Source of the DNA: Catajapyx aquilonaris | Taxonomy: Eukaryota | Length of the DNA: 64,000 nucleotides | Direction: 5' to 3' | Assembly: GCA_000934665.2 (NCBI GenBank) | Contig: KZ538438.1 | Location: 1-64,000 of the forward strand | In this document: piece by piece, positions 52,601-64,000 of the stretch | How positions within the stretch are numbered: the first letter of the stretch is position 1 | How the letters are laid out: the number at the start of each line of letters is the position of its first letter | Notes under the pieces: model-generated | What the model saw: the letters and a program-made list of their open reading frames with translations, nothing else | Told to the model about the DNA's origin: nothing | The model's database searches: none | Position numbers and translations under genes: made by a program

Positions 52601-54406
52601 ATTGCTGTGTATAAGCTATTATTTCCAACAATATTAAATAAGAAATAATATAGTCGCATGTTTGAAGTTACATAATATTGTGCAGCTCTCGGGGATAATA
52701 TTGCAGTAATTTTCACGAAGCTCAGTACCAATTTGTAGTTCCGCAATTATTTATTAAACGAAACATATACAGTTGTGCAAAGTCTTGCATGAATGCTCTG
52801 CATGCGTTTTACAAAAAATATTTTTGGTGGTTTGAGCATCGGCACAAACAAGTTTTGCCTTCCTGGCTTATTATACACTGTCAGACTGTTCAAGCAGAGG
52901 TGGTGGTAATGTAGCCGAATATTTACGCTCTCGCTAATAAAAAGCATTTTTCAGTGGCCACATCAAGGGAGAGAGGACTCCCATTCATTTGAGGCACATG
53001 GTGTATTATAGGTCTAACTCGTTTAAACCCCGTACAGTTTTCGAAAATGGGCTGCAGCTGGCTATATTAATTGCGTGCTGATCATCATTAGTCTTAATTT
53101 TGCTTTAGTAGGTTTTGCACCGTTTCCAAGCGTATGAAAAGCGTAATCCGGAGGATCTATCGGCCACAACTTGTTTGTTGCAACTGTTGTTGGTCTGAAT
53201 GTTGACATTATATTCTTTTTGCAAGACGCAATCCGCAAATATTTACGCACACGAGAGTAATTTTGAGTCTCAGAGTGCCTCGGCAGGCGACAAATGCAGT
53301 ACAGATGTTTGGCGGGTTGGCTGAAGCGCAGGATGAATCCCGACACCAGCATAAATTAAAAACAGTTTATCGGCTTAATGAAGCCAAAATCGCCAAGTAC
53401 AATTTGGACTTAGAAATAGGGAAGAAGCCGAAATCCGAGAGGAAAGTGTGCACATATGATGGCATCACCGTGTACATGACTTGTGCTTTTGATTTCTCGA
53501 TGCTGTACACTGTGCACGTGCAAGATAATAGCAGGTATCCTGTAGGCTATAATTATTTCTCATCACAAACTAATTGCAACAGTACAACTCATCAAGGTTA
53601 TAAGGTGCTTGGTGCAGATGTTACCAAGGGTTCGCTTTCATTCGTCGACTAGATATATTTATACGTATGGTGTGATAGTATTATTATGACAATCAGTTGT
53701 TGAAAGATATTCCGCAAGCATCCGCATTTCTAATACTTGTACACTAGCACGAATCATTGTAAAATGCAAATTGTTACAACCGCAATGAGCTTATGGATCT
53801 TCTACAGCTTTAAAGTGCAGTAATTATTATCAGGTTAAGGTTAAATTGTAATTTGAATATACCCTGCATTTCTTCGTCACTCCAACTATATAGAGGGCTA
53901 ATTCCAACTGTCAGTCAGTAATAATTAATGAATGTTTGTTAGCTTGTTGATATGTTTATATGGCGCAAATTGGTTTCTTTGGTCCAAAAATAGGCCTGTT
54001 CGGTGTACCATAATTATTAGATCTGCGTACATCGGAGGGGATAACAATGTTGCTGGGCCCATTATCGCATCCTGTTTTTTTATAGAGATCATGTCCATGA
54101 TTGCTGTATTATTAAGGAGAGTAATATTTGCTGTCACCGTACATAGTGTCCGTCACTGAGGCTGACAGAAAGGTTAATTAAGTTTGTCCCCATAATGAAA
54201 ATGAATTGGTTTTGACTGGTTGGTGCTTCTGCTTGAAAACCCGCAAAACTGTTTTGATCGAGGTGGATATCTTTTTCATAATCACCTCAACCCAATTTTT
54301 TTCGTTTCTCTTCACACAGCTTATTTTTCCCTGCGGTTGCAAATGCAGTCGAAATATGAGGGAGATGAGACTGATTCAAGTGGTATTTCTCTTGGATCCT
54401 CCGCAG

Positions 54407-54635
54407 CGTCCTTCGCCCTGACCCGTCGCATCGGCCACCCTTACCAGAACCGGACACCACCGAAAAGGAAGAAGCCTAGGACGTCCTTCACCCGGCTCCA
54501 GATCGCAGAGCTGGAGAAACGCTTCCACAAGCAGAAATACCTGGCGTCGGCAGAGAGGGCGTCGCTGGCCAAGGCGCTCAAGATGACCGACGCTCAGGTC
54601 AAGACCTGGTTCCAGAACAGGCGCACCAAGTGGAG
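54407..54635 (+). CDS. Tlx: Tlx / C15 homeobox protein, coding exon 2 (homeodomain residues 1-57)
   Basis: [86 protein letters not shown] and Thr47 (VKTWFQN) are diagnostic of TLX. Donor TGGAG|GTATAC (phase 2) falls in homeodomain codon 57. Confidence 0.97.
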
Positions 54636-55381
54636 GTATACGTTCCTCACAGCATGCTGTATTTAAGACCTTCCCAAATTATACGAGATGTATGTACAGC
54701 ATTCTTTTTCAAGCGGTACCTTTAGAGAAAAATTACTCAAATTAGCCCTTCAATCAAAATATTTCGCAAATCTGCCTGAAGACAAATTGACATCTTGCGT
54801 ATACATGTGAGTGCTGCCACTAATGACACTCAATGTCGATAATTACGATTTCATGAACTTATTAATAGGCCAGTAAGCGGTGCACAGCATCGAGGCAATG
54901 AAGTACCTTGGCTTGATCCAAGACCTATTACTTGGCAGCATTTCTGAGTGACAACCAGACTTGTCTGGAAGTTGCCAAACCCCCCACGCCCTCTTCAAAC
55001 TTTGCACTCTGCATAATATCGCATCTCAGACTAGGAAGTGATTCAATCCGTAAAACCTTGACGTGGACCACACTCAGAAGGAAAGGGGGGTATCCTTCCC
55101 TATATCCAAAGCCACCAAAAACTTATTTGCTGCTCCCAGCAGAGAAGTCCCTGCGCAATTCAGAAATAATTCAAGTTCCGTGTGTACCCGCGCCGACACT
55201 TTCATATAAAAGTGAAGGGTCGGTGCTGCAGTACCCCGGGGGTCAGAGTCGAGAGGACACCCGGACGACAGCTGAAGCGGGATTTCTGGTTTTTGCTGCT
55301 ATCTGTTTGGGCCTGTTATGTGACAACTTTACCCCCCACCGGTTATTTGCGTCCCCAAAAAATGGCCGCCACTCTGTCCCC

Positions 55382-55433
55382 NNNNNNNNNNNNNNNNNNN
55401 NNNNNNNNNNNNNNNNNNNNNNNNNNNNNNNNN
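55382..55433. other. Assembly gap (N run) within a poly-C tract
   Basis: 52 N flanked by C runs. Confidence 0.95.
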
Positions 55434-58400
55434 CCCCCCCCCCCTAGCCCCACTCCTAAATAAATAGTGCACAACTAAGTTGGCAACCATACGGGGGGGG
55501 GGGGGGGGGGGTGTTATCCGGTTGTCGTTTTAGGTGTCATTTGGTAATTATGCCTCTTCTTACATTATTTGGCGAGTGCGGGGCCTAATTTCTCTGCCTG
55601 CCTCGCTCTATATATATGAAAGCTTTGGGGCTTTCCTCTGTCTGGACATATAAAGCCAAGAGGTGTTGGGGAGGCGCTAATTATGCAATAGACTACGAGG
55701 CTCAAATAGTACTATGCATACGATGTGCTGCCACTATGCGGTCGGAGCGTAACTAAAGGGCGTGGTTTTCGTCACTTTTGGGAGTTGAAATGTCAGAGAT
55801 TTTGGCTCGCGATTGCTGCAGAAATTGCCCACTCGTGGCATGGCGGAATTTCAAACGCGACAGTTGCATGTGGGCGGGTCATTTTTATTGTTAATTAGTG
55901 GTACAAAATAACGAGCTAAATGAAAAGTGACGGCGACGTATATTCTTCCGGCACTGAAATGGGCAATATTGGGCTTAATCCTGATTTATAGTCCACCCTG
56001 TATATGCCCGCACTCACAAGCCAGTTAACTTTGCCTTTGTATCATATTATGGTTATATTTATATCTGCTGATCTTAATGATCTCACAAGAAAAGAGACAT
56101 GTTACACCACAAATTGATCATTAGGGAAAAGTGCTACATTATTGCAGGAATCACTTCACATAGGTTGATAGTCTAATGACGAGCTTTCGCATTTTAATTT
56201 TGGAGCAATGATAAATTTTACAGTATCATGACATTATAAAAGTTATTGCACCGTATATGTCTAAAATAATGAGGAGCTGGTGGGAAAAGGTGTAACTCGC
56301 ACATATTGTCACCTTGAAGAGAAGAAAAAAAAATCAAGGTGAGACCGAATATGTAATGATGGAAAATTGGAGTTAATTTACTCCTGTTCTCACCAATTTG
56401 TTGCGATTGTGTCAAACATGGAGTTGTTATTACGTGTATGAAAAAGAGAATGCTGGGAATTACAAATTGCAACGAAGACAAAATGGAGGTGAAGACCAAA
56501 TTGTTTTCTCTGATGTACTCAAAAGCAGTGCATGAGTCTGTTCAATTATTGGTGGTTGGCTTCCATAAATCGCGATGACTCGCTTGTATTTTCCTCACAG
56601 AGTGCAGCACTTTCGTCAATGTATACGTGGACACCAAGTAAACTCTGGCCCGAAAAAAGTCAGAACTGAGAGTATAACCGCACAAAAGTAGTTTCAGTGC
56701 AGACCCAATTCCTCCTTTACTTTTGGTGGGTGGTTGGGCTGGAAAGCTTCTGCTGGAGCAGATTACTTTGGTTGACTCCGCCAACTTGGCGGTTTCAAAG
56801 TGCTGCAGTTGTGAATACTTTAAAACGCCTCCCAACGACTCCTTTGCTCTAGGCTGGCTGAGGATATAAAACCTCCAAGCAAAAGTCGAGTTCTCCCCCT
56901 CCCTCGAAAAAAAAGGAGGTTGGGATAGAGGGGCCATCGTGTAGTCCTTTTCTTTTTACACCTGTACTTTCCTGGGCCGTTAAGACTGCGACGAATGCAT
57001 ATACGGCTGCTCCACTCCCACCTTCGTAAAACTATTGTGGGGGCCAAGTACACAAAAATTGCGCTTACGACGTCAGACCCATGACTTATTTACCAGCTAT
57101 CCCAGCAGAGCTCGGTGTATACATACATAGCAACTGCTTCCGTTTTCATTACGGATCCCGTGTGCCTACTACCATTAAAAGTAGAGGGTCGGGACCGTCC
57201 CGTGCCAGATTAAAACCAGTCAATTATCAGGGGATCTAATCTTTTATTGAAAGGTCTCCCAAGTACAGAGGAACAGCCCCAAAAGTTATATAGGAATTTG
57301 GGACCCTTCCTCCGGTTTTCTTCCATACCTTTTAAACGGTCGCCTTGTCGGGGAGCGGCATTAGACCTCCAAAGTTTTCGGAAAGAGACTGGGAGCTGAT
57401 TTAAACATGAGTTGGGATGAAACTAGGGGACTTAATCAAGAGGAAAACGCTTCCTCCCCCCCTCTCCTTCTCCACCCTCCGCCCTTTAAAAAAAACCTTT
57501 GCTCAAGAAAACAACCCCCCCTTCAAAAAAAAAAAGTTTCATGGGAAGCCTGGGGGAAGGAGTTTTCCAGCATCTTGACGTTTCATTTGTTTAGTCCCCG
57601 GCGCTAAAAGTGCCTGAAGTAGTATCGATTTGAAAAAAAAGTAAGAAGGAGGAGTAGGAGGGGGGGGGGAGGCATAATTTGATCCTAGATAATTAACAAG
57701 TCTAAGCCTTTTAATGCGATGAAAAGGAGGGCGCGCCTCAAGTCGAAAAGAGAAAGCGCAGGTTGTTTTTTGGAAGTCGCGCCAACTTTGTCGAGACTTT
57801 GCCGTGGAGGTAAGGGTTAGAAACGGATTAAGCGGATTAAGTATAGTGCTTGGAGAAAGCTATGGAGGAACCTGCGACATGTATAGTAGATCAGGGTCGC
57901 GCAATTGTTCCGGCACAGAATATTCGTATTGTTGTATGGACAGCCATTCCATTCTTTGGCATCACAGGTTGCGAAATGGGCAATTCAATTCGCTATGTCT
58001 GAAACCGCCAAACGTCCTTTTGTCGCCCTGGCACACACGATCGACGGTCTCCACTTCCTCCTTGGATACCGCCAAATATCGGACATTCATCCGCAAAACT
58101 TCAATTTGTAAAGTGCTGGGTTTAGCCCTGCGCATCAATGATGTGGGTGGGAGAGAGAGAGAGAGAGTATCATGGGGGAACGGTGTATAGGTCGTGGATT
58201 TCACAACCGTTATTTGACGTGTAGTATCGGGTAGAGTACTGCAGGCTTATGCATTACTTAGCCACCTACGACACTGGTGTATTCATCGGTGTGGCAGCAA
58301 TTTGCACCTCCCCACAGAGTGCAACCCTCGTAGTTTTTTGGTATAGTACGAGATATTGGTGATGCAGTGCTGGTCCCTGCAGCATGACGGCAGAGTCGTT

Positions 58401-60412
58401 AGCTACACAGGATAATATTATAGGTGCAGTCAATTAAAAAAATTATAGTGGAAAACTTATGAGGGACAGACAACAATAACGCCAACTGGCAGGGATAACC
58501 TTCGGACCTTAAAGAAAATTATGCGCATGCGTGGCAAGAGGGCGCAGGCGTTGAATCACGTGATCAAAAGGCAAGCGACCCACCAGCGCCGTCTAATAAT
58601 ACTTTTGTGAAACGCTGTCAATCGAGTCTTAGAATCACAAATGCACTGAGGCGTGCAACAAGATACTGATCCTTTATTTTTTTTTAAATCCAATTAAACT
58701 TAACCTTACACGTCATATTATTGCCTTCAATGTAGTGACGCAACAGTTTGCGTCACACCTGCGTCAAAAAGGGTGGTCGAATTCAGCGATGAAAATAAAT
58801 ATTTATGGAGAAACGTATATTGCGCATATGGTTCCGAGTGTGGGCTGAAAATCTAGGAAATGAACAATTCTCTCTCTCTAGGATCCGACCAATGACAAAA
58901 GGGCTGAATTTTGACATTCCTCTGCTGACAGGGTTTCCACGACCCGTTTATTGCTCGTCCAGCACAAGTCACGCCCAGTGTATATGGCCCCTGGCCCGTT
59001 CAATACGCTGCAGGAAATTGTCCATATAAATTCTCCCGTCGGGGTCGTTTATTCCTCACTGAAAATGGTCCCTAAACTTATTCGCTTCCATTTCCATCAC
59101 GCAGCAGTGCGCCATTACATGTACAGAAATAAAGTAATGGAATATGAGAAGGGTAACCATCATGGTCACCTTACGTGGTTCTCTTCCCACACGCAGAGAA
59201 AATCCTCGCTTTTTTTTTTTTTTTTTTTGCGATTTTGCTGTCAGCCATTTTGGTTGAGACGCCATCAACAACATGGCCTCCTACTAGCTCGCTCTTCCTG
59301 AGATCGAAAATTCGATTCGGTTTTCCCCCCTCCCCCCAAAGCACTCCACGCGTGAACTAATTACCGTCAAATTGAGAAAATCGAGATGGCGGACTCGTGC
59401 TTTATTAATGGCCGCTGTGGTTGCCATTGGTCGCAAACCGGAGAGGGGGAGATGGGGAGAGAGAGAGTTCGCAGCATTGGCTGCTGGCAATGAGTGTCAA
59501 CCAGAACTTACCGTTTCTCATGCAGCGAAACATGTATGTAATGGACCCTCGACACAGCAGTCCATTATGTACAAACTGGAAGGTTTTCAATGCCGTTTGT
59601 GTCGCGTTTAATGGAAACTTGTTCAGCATGTGATTTATTTGCCAATTTGAAAAAAAACTGTATTTCTTTCGCACACATTTTTCCAGGTACATTATTATTT
59701 ATTTGTTGGATAACGCTGTGCAAATGACTCCTTCCGGGCAGTTATATTTAGGTATAGGTTATCCATAAAGAAATTTGCTGATATTTTTATGAAATCTGCA
59801 AGTATCGTATGTATTATTTTAATTCTCAAACTGAATTGAATTTTCATTATGACTGTTGCAAACAGTACTTATAGGAAAATGAAGAAAATTCTTATACGTT
59901 TTGTGTACCCTTACACTCAGCGCAAATGGTTGAACAAGGATAGTGCTCCTGTTGAATTTTTATTTGATATTTTTATCAATAATAGGCCTATCAATTACAT
60001 ATTCTCAAACTCCAAATAGCAACATACCGGCGATAACCGGAGAACGGCCGTAAAATCCCTGGGATGCAGTGTAGTGTTCTACTAACTTGTCATATACGAG
60101 ATGGTTCCGCGGATGTTGCCACTCTCTTATTAATTCGTCTGAACCAACTACATATTCACGTACAGTACTTATGAAATTGCCAATGCCAACAATACCGACA
60201 ATGAATGCGAAATCTTGGAAAAGTGTACATAGTGAAGACGTGAAAAGTATATAAGTGAATAAAGTGTATAGGCCTACTATCATGAAATAAAGATTTGTAC
60301 ATACTCTTACAGAATTAGGCACGCCCAGTTAAGTTGGCTCCCCAATCTGTACAAAATATTTTGTAACATTGAAAATTTTGATTTGTTCCAGAATTTTCTA
60401 CAACAAGGTGTA

Positions 60413-60803
60413 GTCTATACGAATAAATCTGCCAATATGATCGGCCAATATGATGGATGGTATAGGGGACGCATACGGAAGAAGCACGGGATGGGTCCGA
60501 AAGGCCAGCAGCGACAATCCTTTTTGGAGATGTCGACCTTTGACATCCTGACAAGTGTGGATACCCCCGTACATGTCTGCATTGCTGGTTGCCGGGGTCA
60601 GGCGCTCGCACTTCCACTACCAGACCGTTGCTCAACCGCCTGACTCCGGCAACCAGTGATGCAGACACGCACGGGGGTATCCATACTCTCAGATTAGACA
60701 TTGTCGACGTCAGTGTCGTCGCCGGCCGTTCTGATCCAAGCCATTATCTTCCATATGCACCCCCTACCACCCATATCATTTTGACAGATTTATTCGTATG
60801 GAC
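60413..60803. mobile_element. ~390-bp GC-rich foldback element (MITE-like) in Tlx intron 2
   Basis: Outer arms gtctatacgaataaatctgccaa / ttgacagatttattcgtatggac. Inner arms gtgtggatacccccgtacatgtctgcattgctggttgccggggtcaggcg / cgcctgactccggcaaccagtgatgcagacacgcacgggggtatccatac. Confidence 0.85.
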
Positions 60804-61941
60804 CCTGCACATGATATGATGTTAGAATAATGTCTGCCTTTCTAATATATCAGTAGGAAAAAAATTTGATGCTGATTTCCTCATTAGGAATGCTAAGTGT
60901 ACCACGAAGTTGGCTAATATAGGTTGACCCTAGCCTAGAAGTTCAAACTCAGCGCTTTCTTTCCTAAAGCTGCTTTACTCTGTAACGGACATTGACTTTC
61001 ACTCTGCGAAAATAATCGACCCCATGACATTATAGTGACCAATCAGTTAATAATATCGCGCCCACCACGTCACGCGTCAACTCCCTCACACCCACGGCAC
61101 ATGTACGCTCAACAATTCCCAATCAACCCACAGCCTCCTCCTCTCTCCATGCAACCATCACCCACCCACCCAAACCCCCTCCACTCAATTCGATCTCGCG
61201 ACGCCAACCCCTAGCCGAAAAGCCATGGCGTCATTTTGAAATGGCGTCAATCTTTTATCACCTCCCGGGCGCAAACTTCGCCTTGACAGGCGCGGCGGGT
61301 GAGACCGGGGGGAGACAAATGTCCTGCCAACCCTGTGAATATTTCACGCCGTTTAACAGGAAAATCGTGTCCTCCTGGATAATTCAGGGGACGGGTGCAT
61401 TATTGAGAGGGCTCTGGAATCGCCGAGGACCCGAGCAGACCAGAGCGGCCGCCTTTCTACACGCCGCTTGAAAACATTTTGTCAGGAAGCAAATCACTGG
61501 GAGAGAGAAATACTCTTCTTCTTCTCTCTTTTTCTGGTGATTATTTAATCCAACCATCACTCCACACACACACACAGCAACCAAAAGAAAGGCGGTGTGT
61601 GGTTGATGGCGGCTGTGGGGGGACGAAATAGAGTTCCCCGGATGGACGCCACTGATTCTCCCCCACCTCTGCTGCTCTACATCCCCTGCGCGGATGGGTC
61701 TCTTTGATTGAGAGCTGCTGCTGGGAGGGTTCCACCGCACCTGATGCCGTGTGTGATTCCCTCAGGGTTGCTAGGGGAGGGAATTCGCCACTTTAGAAAA
61801 GGGGACTTAAACATGTGGGCGACGGATGGACCGGAGACAAACAGAGGACGTATCTAACGCCAGGGTTCATGATCAAGTCATGCGCGTTCATTCTGCCGTT
61901 GGTTAAACGCAGTTGCGTTGTTGCCAAAATGCGTGTTGCAC

Positions 61942-62199
61942 CACGGTCGTTGATTTTTAAAAATCTGATGAGTAGTTGTAACCTCAAAAAGGGCTTTAAA
62001 AAATTATTCGCAGACAAAACAGGCATATATTTTATTTTTCATCCCATTGGCATTACTGTTTCTGTAAGGTAAAACCTTACAGAAACAGTAATGCCAATTG
62101 GATGAAAGAAAAAATATTTTCCTGGTTTGTCTGAATAATTTGTGGGACGCTCTTTGAGCTTACAACTCTTCATATTTTTTTTCAAATTCAACGACCGTG
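61942..62199. mobile_element. ~260-bp foldback element with CAC...GTG termini (CMC/Chapaev/Transib-like MITE?)
   Basis: Ends cacggtcgttga / tcaacgaccgtg. Core is a perfect 25-bp stem, 62046-62070 / 62074-62098, with a 3-nt loop. No convincing TSD. Confidence 0.8.
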
Positions 62200-64000
62200 C
62201 ATTATCATGTAGTATTTGTCTTACAACTTCAACATGGGGCCAACAAGTCTGCTATCGACAATATCGATAAAATAATCTAGATTGAGGCTGAGTATTTATA
62301 TTTACAAATATTGTATGCTTCCAACCCATATGTGAGTGATGGTGGTTTGTTCCCTGAGACGAAATAATTAATTTCATATGTCAGCACCAGACAAGATGCT
62401 ATTTAATTATCAGTGCCTTGCAGCTGCTGCATTTGGAAGCTCATAACATCTGCTTTGATTCACTATTGATGATTGCCTTACAATTGTTCAATAGCTAACA
62501 AGGTAAAAATATATTGCACAGTGTTGGATATACAGAGTCGAAGAGAAGATAACTGGAGCTGAAATTTTCATAGCATACGTCAGTAAATTATGCTTTGAGA
62601 AAGCAGACGTATAAGCCTGTGTTGCGTAACTTTTGTGTTGCACATCATGGAGCCATATCCCTAGAGACAATTAGTTTTACAGGGCACTTTGTTGGAGAGG
62701 GATCGGTTTTAATACCGCTTATTAGTCTTGTTTGTGAAATCTATAGTCTTAAAAATTATGTTGCAAGGATATTGATTGTCATTTGCATTCCCCAGAAAAT
62801 GTGCATCTACGATGGGAATGCCCGCGTGCGACCGTCCTCCATCCGGACCACCCGGACTTCATTTCGATTTTTAAGTTAGTGACAAAAAAATAAATAAGTT
62901 ATGATCTGTGCTGTGCAGTGATTATGGGCAGTGGATTGCAGCCTGAACAATGACCTTGTGCTTACATGGAAAGGCAGGGAAATATTTAAAAGGAAGATGC
63001 CAAAATGATAAATTATAAGCATCCAATTAGATGCTGCCCCTGAAATTACCTTCTCTTCTATATTTGGAAGCTTGGAAATGTTCATACTGGCTAATTTTTG
63101 CCCCTGTTTACCTCTACAAGTGTATATAGATACTGTGAACTTTTCATCACAACGAGCCTCTTGTATAGCACCGCCTTACTTGACAATGCTTCATTGCTTC
63201 ACGTACAAATAAAAACATCACAGCTTGTTTTGGCAGTTAATTGTATACGTATCTCATTTCTGTTCCTATATATGTCTTCATCGCAATTGACTTCTTCTAT
63301 ACGACTATATAGTCTCTATACCACATATGGGCTGCGACGATCACATGTCATCAGTATCGACCAGTTCAGGGCCAAATATGCTCGTCAATATTAAAACAGC
63401 CTTGTTCTCAGCCACGCTCCAGTGAATCGATTCTGAAAAGACTCTTGCACACCCCCCTCCGATTTTTCGCATAATATAAACCACATCGTTACCTTCATTT
63501 ACACTTCGATCGCCTTTTTGCCAATGTTTGTCTTGCTTAGTCTCCCCACAGAACAAGCCGCCAGCAGACACACACACATTGAGTCGGACAACTCGAGTTA
63601 TTTGCAGAGTAAGTGCCGAGGAGTGATGGGCCCCATGAATATTCAAAAGGCCAAACGAACAGTGGGGCCCTGTAATTTTGACTTCTCTCGAGCACACGTA
63701 TTAGAGGCAATCGTATATAATATCTACGGGCGGCGTTTTGTACATGCTGCTGAGTCGGCTGACAAAGGGGTTAGGCTCTCATATAGCATTTTAGGAATGG
63801 CCAAAAAGGGCCCCGGGTATATATTAGGTTTGGCCAGCAGAGAGAGGAACAAAGTGTTGATGCTCCGGGGTGGGAGGGTATTAATATTATATCGTAACGC
63901 GGCTATAACGGTTGCATGTATGGGTGAGCCACAGATTAGGATATAGGGTGAATGTTTTATCTTGCATTAAAGTGATCATTAGTGCGAGGGGAAGCAGCAG

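Larger units (their letters stand above)
38553..54406 (+). other. Tlx: Tlx intron 1 (15,854 bp, GT-AG, phase 1)
   Basis: gtcagt... to ...ctgat (branch-like, 54371)...tttctcttggatcctccgcag. Joining gives [24 protein letters not shown], as expected for the family. Confidence 0.85.

Noticed and set aside
54220..54319. ORF-track start [10 protein letters not shown]... upstream of the homeobox
   Set aside because: Starts at a TTG in intronic pyrimidine-rich sequence; the real N-terminus comes from exon 1.
59372..59611. ORF containing ERGRWGEREFAALAAGNE considered as Tlx exon 3
   Set aside because: Lacks RQTAEE and a suitable phase-2 acceptor; the resemblance comes from GA-rich sequence.

Overview
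Eukaryotic animal genomic window, not prokaryotic; probably an arthropod or other protostome, inferred from the homeodomain residues. The only intact gene I can support is a + strand Tlx/C15 (clawless, NK-like class) homeobox gene. Coding exon 1 is 37973-38552 (eh1 motif, His and Ala runs, VIRVPAHRP, FPW). A ~15.9 kb phase-1 intron follows, then exon 2 at 54407-54635, which encodes most of the homeodomain. The last exon (RQTAEE...) is not found, so it probably lies beyond the window. The first ~8.2 kb is a transposon graveyard: a ~1 kb foldback element, a decayed Ty3/gypsy-like pol, and a Buster/Charlie-type hAT fossil containing a nested Tc1-like MITE and a TSD-flanked retroposon. From ~8.4 kb onward the DNA is a non-coding desert plus Tlx introns. 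It holds only short MITEs, SINEs and palindromes, with many enhancer-, promoter- and PRE-like patches. The best leads are an in-frame upstream splice acceptor that would lengthen the FPW-homeodomain linker by 29 aa, a TAGGCCTA palindrome cluster around exon 1, orphan promoter-like modules, and long intronic hairpins. I see no clearly novel multi-gene system.
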